Shown here: positions 12,067 to 24,342 of the stretch, piece after piece
How positions within the stretch are numbered: the stretch's first letter is position 1
How the letters are laid out: the number at the start of each line of letters is the position of its first letter
Assembly: GCF_000143415.4 (NCBI RefSeq)
Contig: NW_003314281.1
Span: forward strand, 1,275,752-1,339,751
Length of the DNA: 64,000 bases
DNA from: Selaginella moellendorffii
Lineage: Eukaryota; Plantae; Lycopodiophyta
Direction of reading: 5' to 3'
Position numbers and translations under genes: made by a program
The notes under the pieces: generated by a model
The model's input: the letters and a program-made list of their open reading frames with translations, nothing else
Databases searched by the model: none
What the model was told of the DNA's origin: nothing

Positions 12067-13462
12067 TCAAAGCTCAAGTTTGGATTCAAGGAACTCGCAA
12101 ATCTTCGGCATTGCTTCAACTGTCGTGTACGAGTGGTCTTCGGTGCCTGCTGACAATTCGATGCAGTTGTACTCTGCGTTGCTCGCGCTCGAAATCGTTC
12201 CCAGGTACTGCCGCAGCATCTCACCACGCTTGTCTTCCTGCTTGTGCGAGTGGACAAATAATCCACACAGGAGTAAGGAACACTTGTTCTTCTTTGCCCC
12301 GCTGACTGAATGTTTGGTGTCTTGATCTTTTGCTTCTTGTTGTTGTTTATCAGGACTTTGACCCAAGACAGAGGCATTCTTGATGAGTGACCCGAGTGGA
12401 GCAGAACTTGAAACCCAGCGTGCAGAGTTTTGCACCACAAATTTTCGAGCAATGCTTGAAAGTCTCTGTAGGATCACCACCATAAAAACCATACATATGC
12501 AAAGCTTATGCTTACCTCTAGGTGATGAGATGTATCAGAAAAAGCAATGCATTTTAGCCTTTGGAGAACTTCTGACTCTGAGGCAAGACAAAGGGTTTGA
12601 GTAGAATGGTATCCAGATTGAACATAAAATAAAAATAAAAATTTGTGTAACCTCGTTGTCTAATAAGCTCACAAGCGTTGTATCCACCGCAAGAATGTGC
12701 AACAAAAGCTAGCTTTTTTGCAGGAATGTTCATGCAAATGTTATCCCACACATATATATAATATGATTGGAGCGTGTATCACTGCCTGAAATTTTTATTC
12801 CCTGCAAAGGGCTCAATAATATTTAGTACTAGGAAGTTTTCTTTACCTCTTCTGTTGAGTTATAGTTAGGATTAAGGACTAAAACAGCAAAATCTCGCTT
12901 ATGTGCCCATTCTGCATGGACAAAAAGAAAATATGACTTTTTTCCCTTGTAATATAAATTTACCAATAAAAGGTAGAACGCTACCAGTCTGAATTTAAGA
13001 AGTTTTTGACCAAAAATCTGAATAATCATACTTACATTTATGCAAACTTTGTGAGACTATAAACCTACCATGCAAAGTCAATATTACAACTAAATTTTTT
13101 ATATATTAACTGTATCTCACTTGATTTTTCCTGCTCCACAAATGCAAATATGCAGCACTTTAGAAATTGATGCATTAGAAGACAGAAATATAAGACATTT
13201 AGCCTGGCCCTCTATAGATAATTGTTCAAGTAGAAGCTCTAGTTTTGTCATTCCATACTTATCAACCATGAGATCTTGCACAATTTGTGCTATAATCTCC
13301 CCAACTTAGTCATAGTATTGCTATAGAATTTTGTTTTCAGAGTAATTGAAAATAGAAATTCATTACATGATTAGTAGCATCATGTTTGAATAGAACTTTA
13401 TTTATATTACGAATTTGGAAGTTTTTCTCATCAATAATGTAGTCTAAGTTCTCAAGCTTCAT
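12067..13462 (-). pseudogene. FAM172A/Arb2-like alpha/beta-hydrolase-fold gene, probably inactivated
   Basis: Exons read GEIIAQIVQDLM..IFLSSNA..LHICICGAGKI, AVLVLNPN, WDNI..LAFVAHSCGG..ELIRQR, NSARWVSSSAPLG and LSAGTEDHSYTT..ICEFL, colinear with FAM172A. In-frame stops at 13306-13308 (TAA) and 13057-13059 (TAG, at the conserved Trp of GxW). Confidence 0.8.
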
Positions 13463-16400
13463 TTTAGCAGTAAATACTTAGGCTAAATTAAAAAACCCTT
13501 TCCTTTTTAAGCTCTTAAAACATTCAGAGATCTATTGAGACCACAATCATTGAGATGCATGAAGTATAAAATGAATTTTTTTTCAAATTTTAATTTATAT
13601 AGATTTATTATTTTTTGGCATAAAATATGAACATGTAGATAATATTTGTGGCTTTAAAATCCACTTGCAATTCAAATTTTAAAGTATTCTATAAAAGATA
13701 TGGCATATAGAATTAAATTTCAGATTTTTAATATTTATATATCAATCAAGATTATATGACTATGGGATAGATAATAAATAATTAAATACTAAATATTACT
13801 AAATAAATAAATTTATAATAACATAGTATATTTATTTTAACATAACATTTAAAAATATAAACTATTTAGTTAATCACTGAATAATTAAATGATTTTTTTA
13901 TAGCTTTCAATTATGTACATAATCAATATAGGAAATATATAGTATAGTGTCAAATATGACTTTCTTGTTTTTTAGATAAAATGTTTTTTGAGAATAAAGA
14001 TTACAAAAGAATATAAATATAAAAAAATTAAATTTTTATATATTTTTAGATCATGATTGAAGTGATAATAATATTTATCTATAATAGTTAAGATATTTAT
14101 TTTTAAAAATATTAATTTAATAAAATAATTATATATAAAGAGTTTTAGTATTTAGTGTATGTGTATTTATAAGGTATTACTTGCAAATGCTACTCAATCA
14201 AAATTAAATTACGAGGCGCATCGGGTGATCATCAGGTATCATGGGAAGTAGCAGTATATGAAGTTTCTCTATATCTGCACCCCTATGGGGAGCACATTAT
14301 CGACAAAGTTTTAACTTAATTATAAATTATTAGTTAAATAAGTTTTTGATAAAATATAAACTTAACTATTTTAAAGATTCATGCAAATGCTTGCAAAAGG
14401 GACTTGTTTTAGCTCTTTATCACAGTCAATATGTATAGTTTTATCAGGAAACCAAAGCCTATATTATAGCTCAAGAGGATTTTACTTTTAATAGGGTCCT
14501 AAATTTGTTAAAAAAACCTTTATAACTTATCAAGAGAAACATATAGCACTAAAGATGACTATAAAGAATCATCACTTTTTATAGAAACTTACATATACAA
14601 TCTCAATGTGGTTAAATTGGTAATTTATTATAAAAATGTCCTTAAGGGAAAAACACACTTTCATAACAAAATAACTTGAATACTTAAGCATGAATAGCTT
14701 AGGGCTTATTTGCCTCTCAGAAGGTGTAAACCTCTTTTATCTCAAAGTTAGCTTTGTTCTATAAAGTTTTTCCAAAATTGGCACTGGAGAGAATTGTGTG
14801 GATTCATTTTGTATGACACACTCTCTACTCCTATTGATATCTCTACTAGATCCAAAAATCATCCCTTTTTATTTCCCCAAATCCAAATTGAAACTAAGCA
14901 CCACATAAGATCTTTTATATTTCTAAATCTCATAAGACACTAGATCAATCCTCACAAACTCCTTGTGATACTCAATGACTAGTTTGGTTAGTGATGCTGG
15001 ATGGGGAACCACCTGAAATACATGCAAACAATAGTGTTCCATGCTGACTTCAGAAGATTGGTCATATCCCCAAACTTTCTTCTGAAGAGTGATCAATAAT
15101 CAGGTTAGGGATGTATAAAATCTTCAATCTTGCCAATCTAATTCACTTTAATATCTAAAAAGTTTTGTAGCAATTTTTTTTATATCTAGCTATAAAGAAC
15201 AACAATTCTCAATATCTTCATCTTCATCCATATATAGCTTGTAAAGTGCATGTTCATGGAGTTCCTCAACCTAGTAGTTTTGGATGGACTCCTTTGAGAC
15301 AAGCTGGTAAGCAATCCCCCCTTCATATAAAGTGTTTGTTGGCATTGCACATGAAACGATTTTAAAATGGCCTTCACTATAAACCAATAGTTTTAATACC
15401 AAAGTTATAAACAACTAAATTTTTCCATTTTACTTTTTTTTCCATTCAATGATTTACTTGCCATCAGATATACAATGGCTCTATAAATCCATTGGTGGAG
15501 TGTCTAGAGGCAGCATATGCTTTACTTTTCCCTCCAACTGAAAGAAAATAATGATGTATTAGATGGAAAGAAAGTTTGAAAACAAAACTAACAATTGCTT
15601 ACAGTGGATCAAGTGCAATTGGCCACCCAAAGGAAATCTAGAGTTCATCTAGGAACTAAAAAGGAAATAATAACCAAAAAAATGGAGGAAAAAAAATTTG
15701 GAAGGAAGTAGAATTGGTAGATATTATAATGCTAATCAAGTTGTACATCACTAATCTAGAGTTTGGCTCCTCATTTTTGCCATCACTAGCTTGTGAGCAC
15801 TACATTGCCAAAATAGTGAGAACCAAGGGGAGAAAGCAAACAAACAAGAAGACTATATATCTTGAAGTTCCAAAGAACCCTGATGTCTCTTTTAACACAA
15901 GATACTAGTCCTCCACCTGTACATTCATTCCTAGCAAGAGGGGAAAAAACAACTTAAATATAAACAACATTCAATCGTGAAGAAAGGCACTTGAAAACTG
16001 ATCCAAGTAACAAATTGATCAACCCCATGTGAGACAATTCTAATTGTAAGCCAAGAATCTGATAGTGAATAAATTTACATTTGTGTAATGCTAGAAAAGC
16101 TTCATGTAAATTGACAATTGATAAGGATTGTTGAAACTATAAACAATTTCCACGTGCTCTTTCAATAGGATCCCGCAAGAAAGCCAAACTCAAATCAAAT
16201 GGAGCATATATCTTGTATACATGTTTTCTTTCTGCCATGTGACAAGCCTAATCTCGAATCTTTAAATACTCTTGAGAAAACAAGGAAAGAAGAGAATTAA
16301 AGTAAATATGAACTGCAAGGCTTAATCATAACAGTTCAATCTGCTTCTTGCCAGCAGTTATATAAAGTTGTAAAAATGCATTCTTAGCATATAAAAAGGT

Positions 16401-17849
16401 AAAATGTAAAAGTTTCTCACTCGAGCCAGCTCAAAAACAACTTGCAGGACATATAGTAGATATGTATGAGTGCCCTTCTTAACACCACACATCTTGTGCC
16501 AATTCTATACTTTCCAAAGTAGATTTTTGAAAAGTTAATTCTATGTAGAAAATGCTGACCTTGTTGTGATGCTTCCAGACAAATAGCTTCAAAGGCTTTA
16601 GTCCTCACATCACTGGACCAGTTAAGCAACTAGAATATAAGATGGACAAGGCTGGGTAGCACCTGGTAGTTACTGGCTTGTGCCATTATACTTTGTCAGG
16701 GAAGAGCTTAAATGCATACCAGCACCCCTTGCATGAGCAAATCCATCCCTTAGAGCCCTCACCGTGAATGCGTTGATCAAGACTCTTGCATGAAAAATGT
16801 AACTTTATTTGAAGAACAAAACAAGAACTTACGTTAAGAAGGCAGTGTTCAGGTTCTTCATCAACCTCAAACAAGGAATAGAGACTAAGAAAAATAAAAG
16901 AGAAAAAGGAACCTGCAATTTCGATAAGTGTTTCAACAGAGATCCTGTAATGGTTAACTGCTTTCAGAATAGCGGTCATAATGGTCCTACAATGGAGACT
17001 AAAGAGATATCTTTAGTGCAAAAACTTCAACGTTAGTTCCCGTAGCAACGCACAAGTGTCCTAAAAACCAGTCGCTGCGATAAAAGCCCGTGCAGGCATT
17101 TTTAGTTTCTAAATTCGAGTGAATGCACAACTCAACTTGCTCATCCAAGAGTTGAGATGGAAAAGCATTTCCATACTGATCACTTGAATAAACTGGCTCA
17201 AATAGTATCCTCGTCAAATAGTTTTGAAAAAGGTACAGAAATTCCCTGATAGTACTGGACTCAGTTTTTCACGACCAGATTCTTCCAATGGTGGCTTCAG
17301 TTATGGAATTTGGGTCCGCAGCAGCCGTTGGCAAGTTTTCGATTGGCAACTCTGCACCGTCGTTCTGCATTTTATCCTTATTTGTAAGGTGACTGACATT
17401 TTTTTCACAGGTTATTGTTCTTTGCGTCGACCGACCGGAATTGTTTCCAGAAGTTTATTTTGAAAGAAATCTGCGCATCCAACCGAGTAAATAGAAAATA
17501 GTGCTCGATAATATTACTGCTGTTTTCTATCAACTTTGAAGCATCGTGGGGCTGAGAACAACCTTTGATAATTGAGCAACAAGTTCTGCAAAGTGATGTT
17601 AATACCACTATCCTTCCAGCACACAAACCTTGGGAATTGGTGCTGTGTTTCGTAACTCCTCTGTTTTTTACATCAAGAATAGCTCGTATGTCAAGCATCC
17701 TATAGGGACCCTTCTAGAAAACAATTGTAATCGAAACACTCACCTAGACCCCACGCATCCAGTTCATATCGAGGAGATTTGCGAATTAACAAATTCTAAA
17801 GACTTGTACTGGCTCCCCACTAAGGTGCCATCAACTTTCCATAGAATCA

Positions 17850-18570
17850 TGTGAGCAGGAGGTGTTTAAGTGCTTGCCTGCAGTTGTTTTGCACTGCCGC
17901 ATTAAAACTGTGTGCAAACAATGGAAAGATCCTGTAAATTCACTAGGATTTGTGAAATTTTATGCAGCATACCACTCTCGCGTGTCTTGGGTATAACTAG
18001 AAATGGTGAGGAAATCTACAGCTGCAACCCGTTTGTTGCTGGATCTGAAGCACACAAGGATTGAGTCCGTCAGGATGTCTACAGTTACACCTGGGTTTTC
18101 AAAAGAGGTTTCAAGCATATACTCCTGCGTCTTCATTCTGCCCTGGTATTGGAACCGTCCATGCAGCGGTACTGGATCTGTATAGCAGAAGAGTGTGGGA
18201 CCAAGTGGATTACCTTCCTGGCTCATCTCATATATGGAGTGGGGATGGCCAACAGCAAAGCTTATTTTTCTTCGGATCAGGGGGTTTTGAGCTTCAACAT
18301 GGAAGAAATGAGATGGTCCATCGAGTGGTCATCATCCATGGGAGCTGGTTGGGCCAATTGGGTGGTAACAACAGCACCCCAGTTTTTCATTGTGGCTATA
18401 GTAGCAGATCGAGGAACACTTTCTTGTTTCTACAAGGGAACCTTTATGATTCCGGATAAGAATAAGGTGTTTTTTCTGGATTATGAGGGTAAGACCTGGA
18501 GTAACTTTCCAACTCGGAACCATTCAGTTGTGATGTCTCCTTTTCTGTTTGCACCATCTTTGTTCATGAA
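17850..18570 (+). pseudogene. Deleted, frameshifted F-box pseudogene (paralog of 34622-35635)
   Basis: Retains EQEVFKCLPAVVLHCRIKTVCKQW and LEPSMQRYWICIAEE..LFAPSL, with several internal deletions relative to the intact copy. Confidence 0.85.
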
Positions 18571-18779
18571 AGTTAATACTTTATGTTATTACAATTCATC
18601 CAAATGTTTTAACAGCACTAAAGGAATATGGAAGGACTGGAAGGATATACTGAAGGAAGGAATGGAAGAGTAGATCACTATATACTAAGCCTGTGACGAG
18701 GAGAGAAAATCAAAGGTGAGTAATGGTATTTCTAGAGAAGGCCGCGATCTTCGAATAAATTATTTGTTGACCAAATTAA

Positions 18780-19295
18780 GAGCGGGCTGAGCAGCAGTTT
18801 TGACTACGAGCGGCCATAACTCGTCACATCCAGCAATGTTGTGATATATGGCATCGATTGTACCACCTCAACTATGATGGAGTTCATGCCCTGCAATCCT
18901 TGGCGCTACAGAAAAAAAAAGTAGCAAAAACACAAAACAAGCTGAGAAAAAACTGTCAAAGAGAACGTACATTGATTCGAGGCGAGTAGTGATGATCTAA
19001 ACCTGTAAGAACAAGGTCTTGCCTGCGAAAGTGTGATGCGCCAAAACGATGTCATTAGAAGCGTCTTGAGAGAATGCCCTTCTTCATACAAACTTTTGAG
19101 CAGTTCTCTTGTTCCATGCCTCAAACTCGCGTGGATCTCCTCGCAAGACGAGCCGAGACAACTGACTGCGATCCCCCTGAGTTCGTCCGTCGTCCACTCC
19201 ACTTCGCCACAAGCGTAGACACCTGTCTCTCGCAAGGCTTCTACACAAGCGCTGCTCTCAGGGCGACCAGCGCTTGGCACCGCTCAGGACCTCGT
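18780..19295 (-). pseudogene. TTI2-like gene fragment (degenerate copy of 7430-9010)
   Basis: ACGEVEWTTDELRGIAVSCLGSS and EIHASLRHGTRE are shared with the intact gene. Contains many deletions and retains intron sequence. Confidence 0.85.
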
Positions 19296-20519
19296 GATAG
19301 ATGGGTTTGTAATAGCTAGACAAACTGCCGATGACTATTTAGTCAACGGTGCTTAGGGTCAGCCAATTTTACTAAAATTCCTAAAGAACTGTATACATGT
19401 GTATAAAAATATCTGATGCTCTCGCCTTTATTAAAGTTATCAAGTCGGGTTGCTGCATTTTTAATTCTTCCGTGTAACGACTTTATGAATCACCTTTGCC
19501 ACCTTTTTTTCATGAGCAACTTTGTCGAGGATGACTGCAATGAAGTACTTGCTGTGGTCCCTGAATCTGCCCTGCTCTAGACCCTGCAAACAAATATTAT
19601 CCAACCAACTGTAAAAGACTGTGCTAAAACACATGCTAAGGCAGCAATTCGCGTTCCAAGAGCAGCAGGGATCGATGTACAAGTGAAACACCGCTGATAT
19701 GAATATTACCATATCAGTGTCCTCAAGATTCCCCTGCCGTTCTGAGATCAGTAATCCACAACCAAGTCCTTGAAAGGCTTACAGTAAAAAACAGGGGGGT
19801 GTTTTGTCGCTCTCACATCGTTTTATCACCGAAGTCTCCCAAGAAGTGCGGCTACAAGGTGATGATACAGGGTGCATAGGCATAAAAAAAAACCACGCAG
19901 AACTAAAACCCTGTAAAAAATATCAACCAAACTCAGCTTTTGCTTACTACTATAATTCAAAGGCTGACTTTTCCCTGCGATTTCACATCGCCCACTTGGC
20001 CACCTGTGGACGATTGTTCTTATAGTTCTGGCTGTGATGGTCGCTAGGCTCAGCGTTCCTCCCACCCAATGCATGTTGCCTTAATCCCCGACTTCTTGTT
20101 TCTTTGCATAGTTCGTAAAAGATTCTTTTTCTCGATGTTGGGCATCACGCTTGCTTTTACGTCAATAATGTCTGATGAAACCATCTTTGTCCATGGTCTA
20201 GAGTCTACCAAACGATCCTAAAATTTGGAGAATTGCTTGGCAGCGAAATAAGATGCCTCTAAATTTACCAGTAGCAAGCACCATTCTCGAAGTGATGAAA
20301 CTACGTCAAATCATGCAAAATAATCTTCCTCTTTGAGATCCTGGACATGTTGGAAGCCATGTGACAATCTGAACAAAACTCTGGTGTTCTTCATTACCTG
20401 GATGGTCGTCCTTGGCTGTCTAAACTAATGTGTGAAAGAACCCAAATGAAAAAATAAAAGACCATTTTCTATTACAAAAGAATAGTGCTGTACAAAAGAA
20501 TGTAAGTACATGGAAGCCC

Positions 20520-21491
20520 TCAAAACTGGCCACAGTCCGCGGGAGTCGTCGGAAACCTCTTGCTGTCGGTGCAGTAGTCGTAGATCATGTAGTTGTCCTT
20601 GACCCACTTGAGCTTGCTCTTGGTCTCCTTGTCGGTACGCTGGAATGCCTTTTGCTCCCACCAGTTGCCCCTGGGAGCGCTGCACGACTCCACACCCCCG
20701 GCGCAAGCATCCACGCTGAATCCCTTGTACGCCGCCACGAATGGAGCGTGATCCCAGTTGATCTTCTCCAGCCCGCCGCGAGTAGCCCAGTCGTCTCCGT
20801 TCCACAGGCTCGAGTAGATCCCCATTGGCTGGCTCTTTGGGAATGGGATCCCGATGGCTTCGTTGTTCTTGTGGACACGCAGAGGGACATCGTCCACGTA
20901 GAATCTGAGGGACCAAAACCACAGTTTGAGCGATTATCGAAAAGTGTTCGCAAAAAACTTACATGATCTGCTGCGTGTTCCAGAGGACGGAGTAGCTGTG
21001 GAAGTCCTGAGTGGGGTCGAACCAGAGGTAGTGTCGCTGCTCCCGGTTTCCAACGCCATTGGCGAAAACGTTGGTCTGGACGATGTATGGCTGCCCGGAA
21101 ACGTTCCCCAAGAACTCAAAGTCGATCTCATCGTGCTTGTCTGTCTCCGAGGACATGTAGAATGCCGTCACAGTTCCAGCAGAGTCTTTGGGAACCAGCT
21201 TGATCTTCATGCTGATATGACCGAACAAGTATTTGCTGCGGGACCCAAATCCAGCACCTATCATGCAACAGGACTTGATCAGCAAAAGAAAAGCTTGAGA
21301 CAGGGATTGTTACCTGAAGCCTTGTCGAGAACAAGCTGCATTTCGCTGCCACCGTTGAGCACTCGCGTATGATCATTAGCCCATCGGACATAGTAGTTCT
21401 CAGAGAAAGAAACATCTGACTTTGGTGGGAGACGAGCAGAGAGCGCAAGCTCGACCAACAATAGCAATGCAATGACTTTGAGAGCACCCAT
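20520..21491 (-). CDS. XTH: Xyloglucan endotransglucosylase/hydrolase (GH16), group I/II
   Basis: Signal peptide [19 protein letters not shown], catalytic [29 protein letters not shown]-terminal [15 protein letters not shown]. Exons 21491-21314, 21257-20963 and 20904-20520. Confidence 0.97.
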
Positions 21492-22149
21492 TACTCGATC
21501 GAAACTCCTGGCAGGAACAGAAGACTTGTATGATCGAAGGCTTGGGATGAAGCTTCGAATACTGGGGATGGAGTTTGCAATGGTTGCCACTGGAGTGGTG
21601 ATGGAGATTTATAGATGTTGCCATTGCCGCGGAATAAACGCGTGATAGGAAGAAGGATGAGTTGGAAGCTTACTAAGATCCAGCTCAAGAGAGAGTAAGG
21701 TCGCTATATTTTGTTCATAGGAGGAAGCTTCTGCGCGAGCGAGGCTCGAATGGCAAGAGAGGATTGGCTGTGTGGCTGCCTGGCAAGAAGTTTCTCGTGA
21801 GAAAAACTGAGCTTGTTGCCCACCTGTAATCCAACACAGCAAAGCAAGACGAAATTCAAAACCAATAAACGTGTTGATGTTGATCGTCTCTACCTCACTT
21901 TCAAGTAAATCAGTTTTTCCGTGTCTGGCATTAACAGCTGTGGTGTTTTGTCCGTTGCCACTAGCGACATGCCGCGGGAAGTATAATCTGTTGAAAGCCT
22001 GTGCAGGAAAAGAAAAAGAAAAAGAAAGAAAAAAAACAGGCAAGGAGTGGTGAACCCAACAGATGAGAAAAAGAAACAGTGTTGTCACGTACGTGTTTTG
22101 TGGACGACATTTCTACCAATCGGGGCCGAGTGTCAAGACGATTTAGTGA

Positions 22150-22990
22150 AGTTGTTGTCAGAGCCGTTGCGATCTTCGCACCAACGAGTGCATTATTCTT
22201 CACGAGCTGGATATCTGTCAATTGTAGCAAAGAAAAACTTCCAAAGGAGGACTACCAAACAAAAGGATACTTGCAGCCAATGAATCGCCTCCAGTGAGCT
22301 CGTTGATGCGCTTGAGCAAGAATGGCGTCACAGAATTACCAGCAATACTCTGAAAAAAAACAACACGTACGAATACCAAGAGCGAAGTCACTGAGATGTT
22401 CTCTGCTTCATGCAATGCCGATTCTACGTTCTTAGCTGCCGCTGCATGCTCTGCGGGTACCCAATCAAAATGCCTGAACCCAATCCAAACTTCGTGTTTG
22501 CCTCTGCAGTGTCAAGTTAGAATCGATAACCACGATGGCTAGAGCTTACCTATGATGTCTGCGCATTCCTCCACGCTGTCTGCTCGGCAAGGTGCTTTGC
22601 AGCCACTGTTAGGAGTAAAACATGCTGGAAATTCATCAGTTGAGTAGCTAACAACGGTCCTGCAAATTGTTTCATATTAAAACACTCATGCGGTAGTCAA
22701 GTGCTCGTGGAATGTCAAGAATTGACTGCACAAACCACCGCAACTGGAATTTTACCGTTCTGTCAAGTCCGAGGACACGTCCATAGCTTAATAAAAACAA
22801 AGTTAAAGACACAAAAGTATAGAACATTGGGCTTACTTGACGCCCTGTCGATGAACTCCTCCCATACCTCCAGTTAGTATGGAATTTTTTAGGGTAAGGC
22901 ATTCCTGGCAACAAGCAAGAAAATCACTCGAATGGAAGTTAAAGAACGATAATGGTGAGCGCAACATCGGAAAGAGCAGAAATTGTAAAG
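22150..22990 (-). pseudogene. Pseudouridine-5'-phosphate glycosidase (PsuG/IndA family) pseudogene
   Basis: Motifs GMPYP, TGGMGGVHR, MDVSSDLTE, IPVAVVCA/SILDIPRAL, TDEFPAFFTPNSG, VTPFLLKRINELTGGDSLAA and LVKNNALVGAKIA. A large deletion lies between GMPYP and TGG, and the SSDLTE exon is frameshifted. Confidence 0.85.
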
Positions 22991-23097
22991 CCTTAAACCA
23001 GTTTTCGCAGCTCAGAAGAAAAGGTGGCTTATGTGACCTTTAAAGCTAAAGGCTATCCTCTAGGGTTTGGCATTTTCTTGCAACAGAGAAAAGGGAG

Positions 23098-23994
23098 ATG
23101 GAGATGAACGCAAAGACGATGGAGATGTTGTTCCCCAATCTGCTAGACAAGTTCCAGGTAACAAAGACTATAGGAATGGGTGGATTCTCGACGGTGTTTG
23201 AGGTGATCCGTTTGAGAGATGGGAAACACTTTGCGTGCAAGACGAACAGCATGATGGGCGACGATAAACTCATACTGCAAGAGCTCAAGATCATGGCCCA
23301 ACTGAGGCACGACCCAGGCGTGGTTCGTCTCGTCGCCATTGTGCGTGACTTGGGTTTCTGCCATATCATAATGGAGCTGTGCGAAGGAACACTCCTCTCG
23401 AGGCTTCCCTTGGGCGAGGACGAGGCGGCGCTTGTGGTGGCGAAGGTGGCGGAGACGTTGCAGCGGATGCACGCCCTAGGGATGGCTCACAACGACATAA
23501 AACCGGGAAACATTCTAGTGGGCTATGACGGCGAGGTAAAGGTGGCAGATTTTGGCCTCTCCTGGCAGGAGGGGCAGGGAAAGGGGCCGTTGATGCGCGG
23601 TGGAACCGCGCGGTACATGCCCCCCGGGGAAAGGTTCAAAGAATCTTGTGATATTTGGGCGCTGGGCGTGACTTTGTACGAAATGCTCACGGGAAAGATT
23701 GCATATGAAGAGCTTCAAACACCTCAGGTTCTCAGCGAGTTGGAGCGGTATGAAGATTTGCCCCTTATTCTCTTCGACTGGTCGAGGGTTCCAGTGTTAG
23801 CCAAGGATTTGATGCTGGGGATGCTTAATCTGGACAAGAAAAAACGATTGACGGCAGCCCAGATCTTGGAACATCCGTGGATCAAGCGGATCACTCAAAA
23901 TTACAATAGGCCAGCCTCAGACACAAAGGTGGAAGTCAAAGCAAAACAGGATGTGAGAATGATGGGAGGACAAGCTTCCGTGCCAATGTACTGA
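23098..23994 (+). CDS. Intronless Ser/Thr protein kinase (CAMK-group-like, non-canonical motifs)
   Basis: 298-aa ORF with GMGGFSTV, FACK, HNDIKPGNIL, DFG, DIWALGVTLYEMLTG and RLTAAQILEHPWI. Confidence 0.92.
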   Translation: MEMNAKTMEMLFPNLLDKFQVTKTIGMGGFSTVFEVIRLRDGKHFACKTNSMMGDDKLILQELKIMAQLRHDPGVVRLVAIVRDLGFCHIIMELCEGTLLSRLPLGEDEAALVVAKVAETLQRMHALGMAHNDIKPGNILVGYDGEVKVADFGLSWQEGQGKGPLMRGGTARYMPPGERFKESCDIWALGVTLYEMLTGKIAYEELQTPQVLSELERYEDLPLILFDWSRVPVLAKDLMLGMLNLDKKKRLTAAQILEHPWIKRITQNYNRPASDTKVEVKAKQDVRMMGGQASVPMY

Positions 23995-24056
23995 CTGCGA
24001 AATTGCCCACAAGCAATTGGAGATACATGAAAAAGTTTTAGTCGATGTTAAGACAG

Positions 24057-24290
24057 ACTATTAGCTATTCCTGGTGCCGTCATTTCACCTTTAGGTTTCC
24101 TTTTAAACCAATTAGGTGCCGGGAATATTCACTTTCATGAAAAATTTGTAGTCGTACCCGACTAATCGAATATTAGCAGCACCATAATATTCCTGGTGCC
24201 GTCATTTCACCTTTAGGTTGGCTTTTAAACCAATTAACCTTAAAAATGACCAAAGCTAGTGTCGGGAATATCCACTTTCATTTTTTTCAC
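24057..24290 (+). repeat. Short imperfect tandem duplication upstream of DExH8
   Basis: TATTCCTGGTGCCGTCATTTCACCTTTAGGTT..CTTTTAAACCAATTA and GGGAATAT.CACTTTCAT each occur twice (units start at ~24066 and ~24188). Confidence 0.8.
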
Positions 24291-24342
24291 CCTAAACACG
24301 AGGAATTTGATTGTGGAGCAAGATTTCTTGCGCGCCCGCTGC

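Larger units (their letters stand above)
16530..19295 (+). repeat. Segmental duplication, copy 1 (direct partner 33085-36320)
   Basis: Long colinear high-identity blocks, e.g. 17450-17825 vs 34010-34387 and 18120-18400 vs 35043-35380. The sub-block ~17225-17390 is inverted in the partner (~33750-33975). Confidence 0.9.

Noticed and set aside
5520-22990. Pseudouridine synthase plus pseudouridine glycosidase as a functional gene cluster
   Set aside because: They are ~15 kb apart with unrelated genes between, and the glycosidase is a pseudogene. Probably coincidence.
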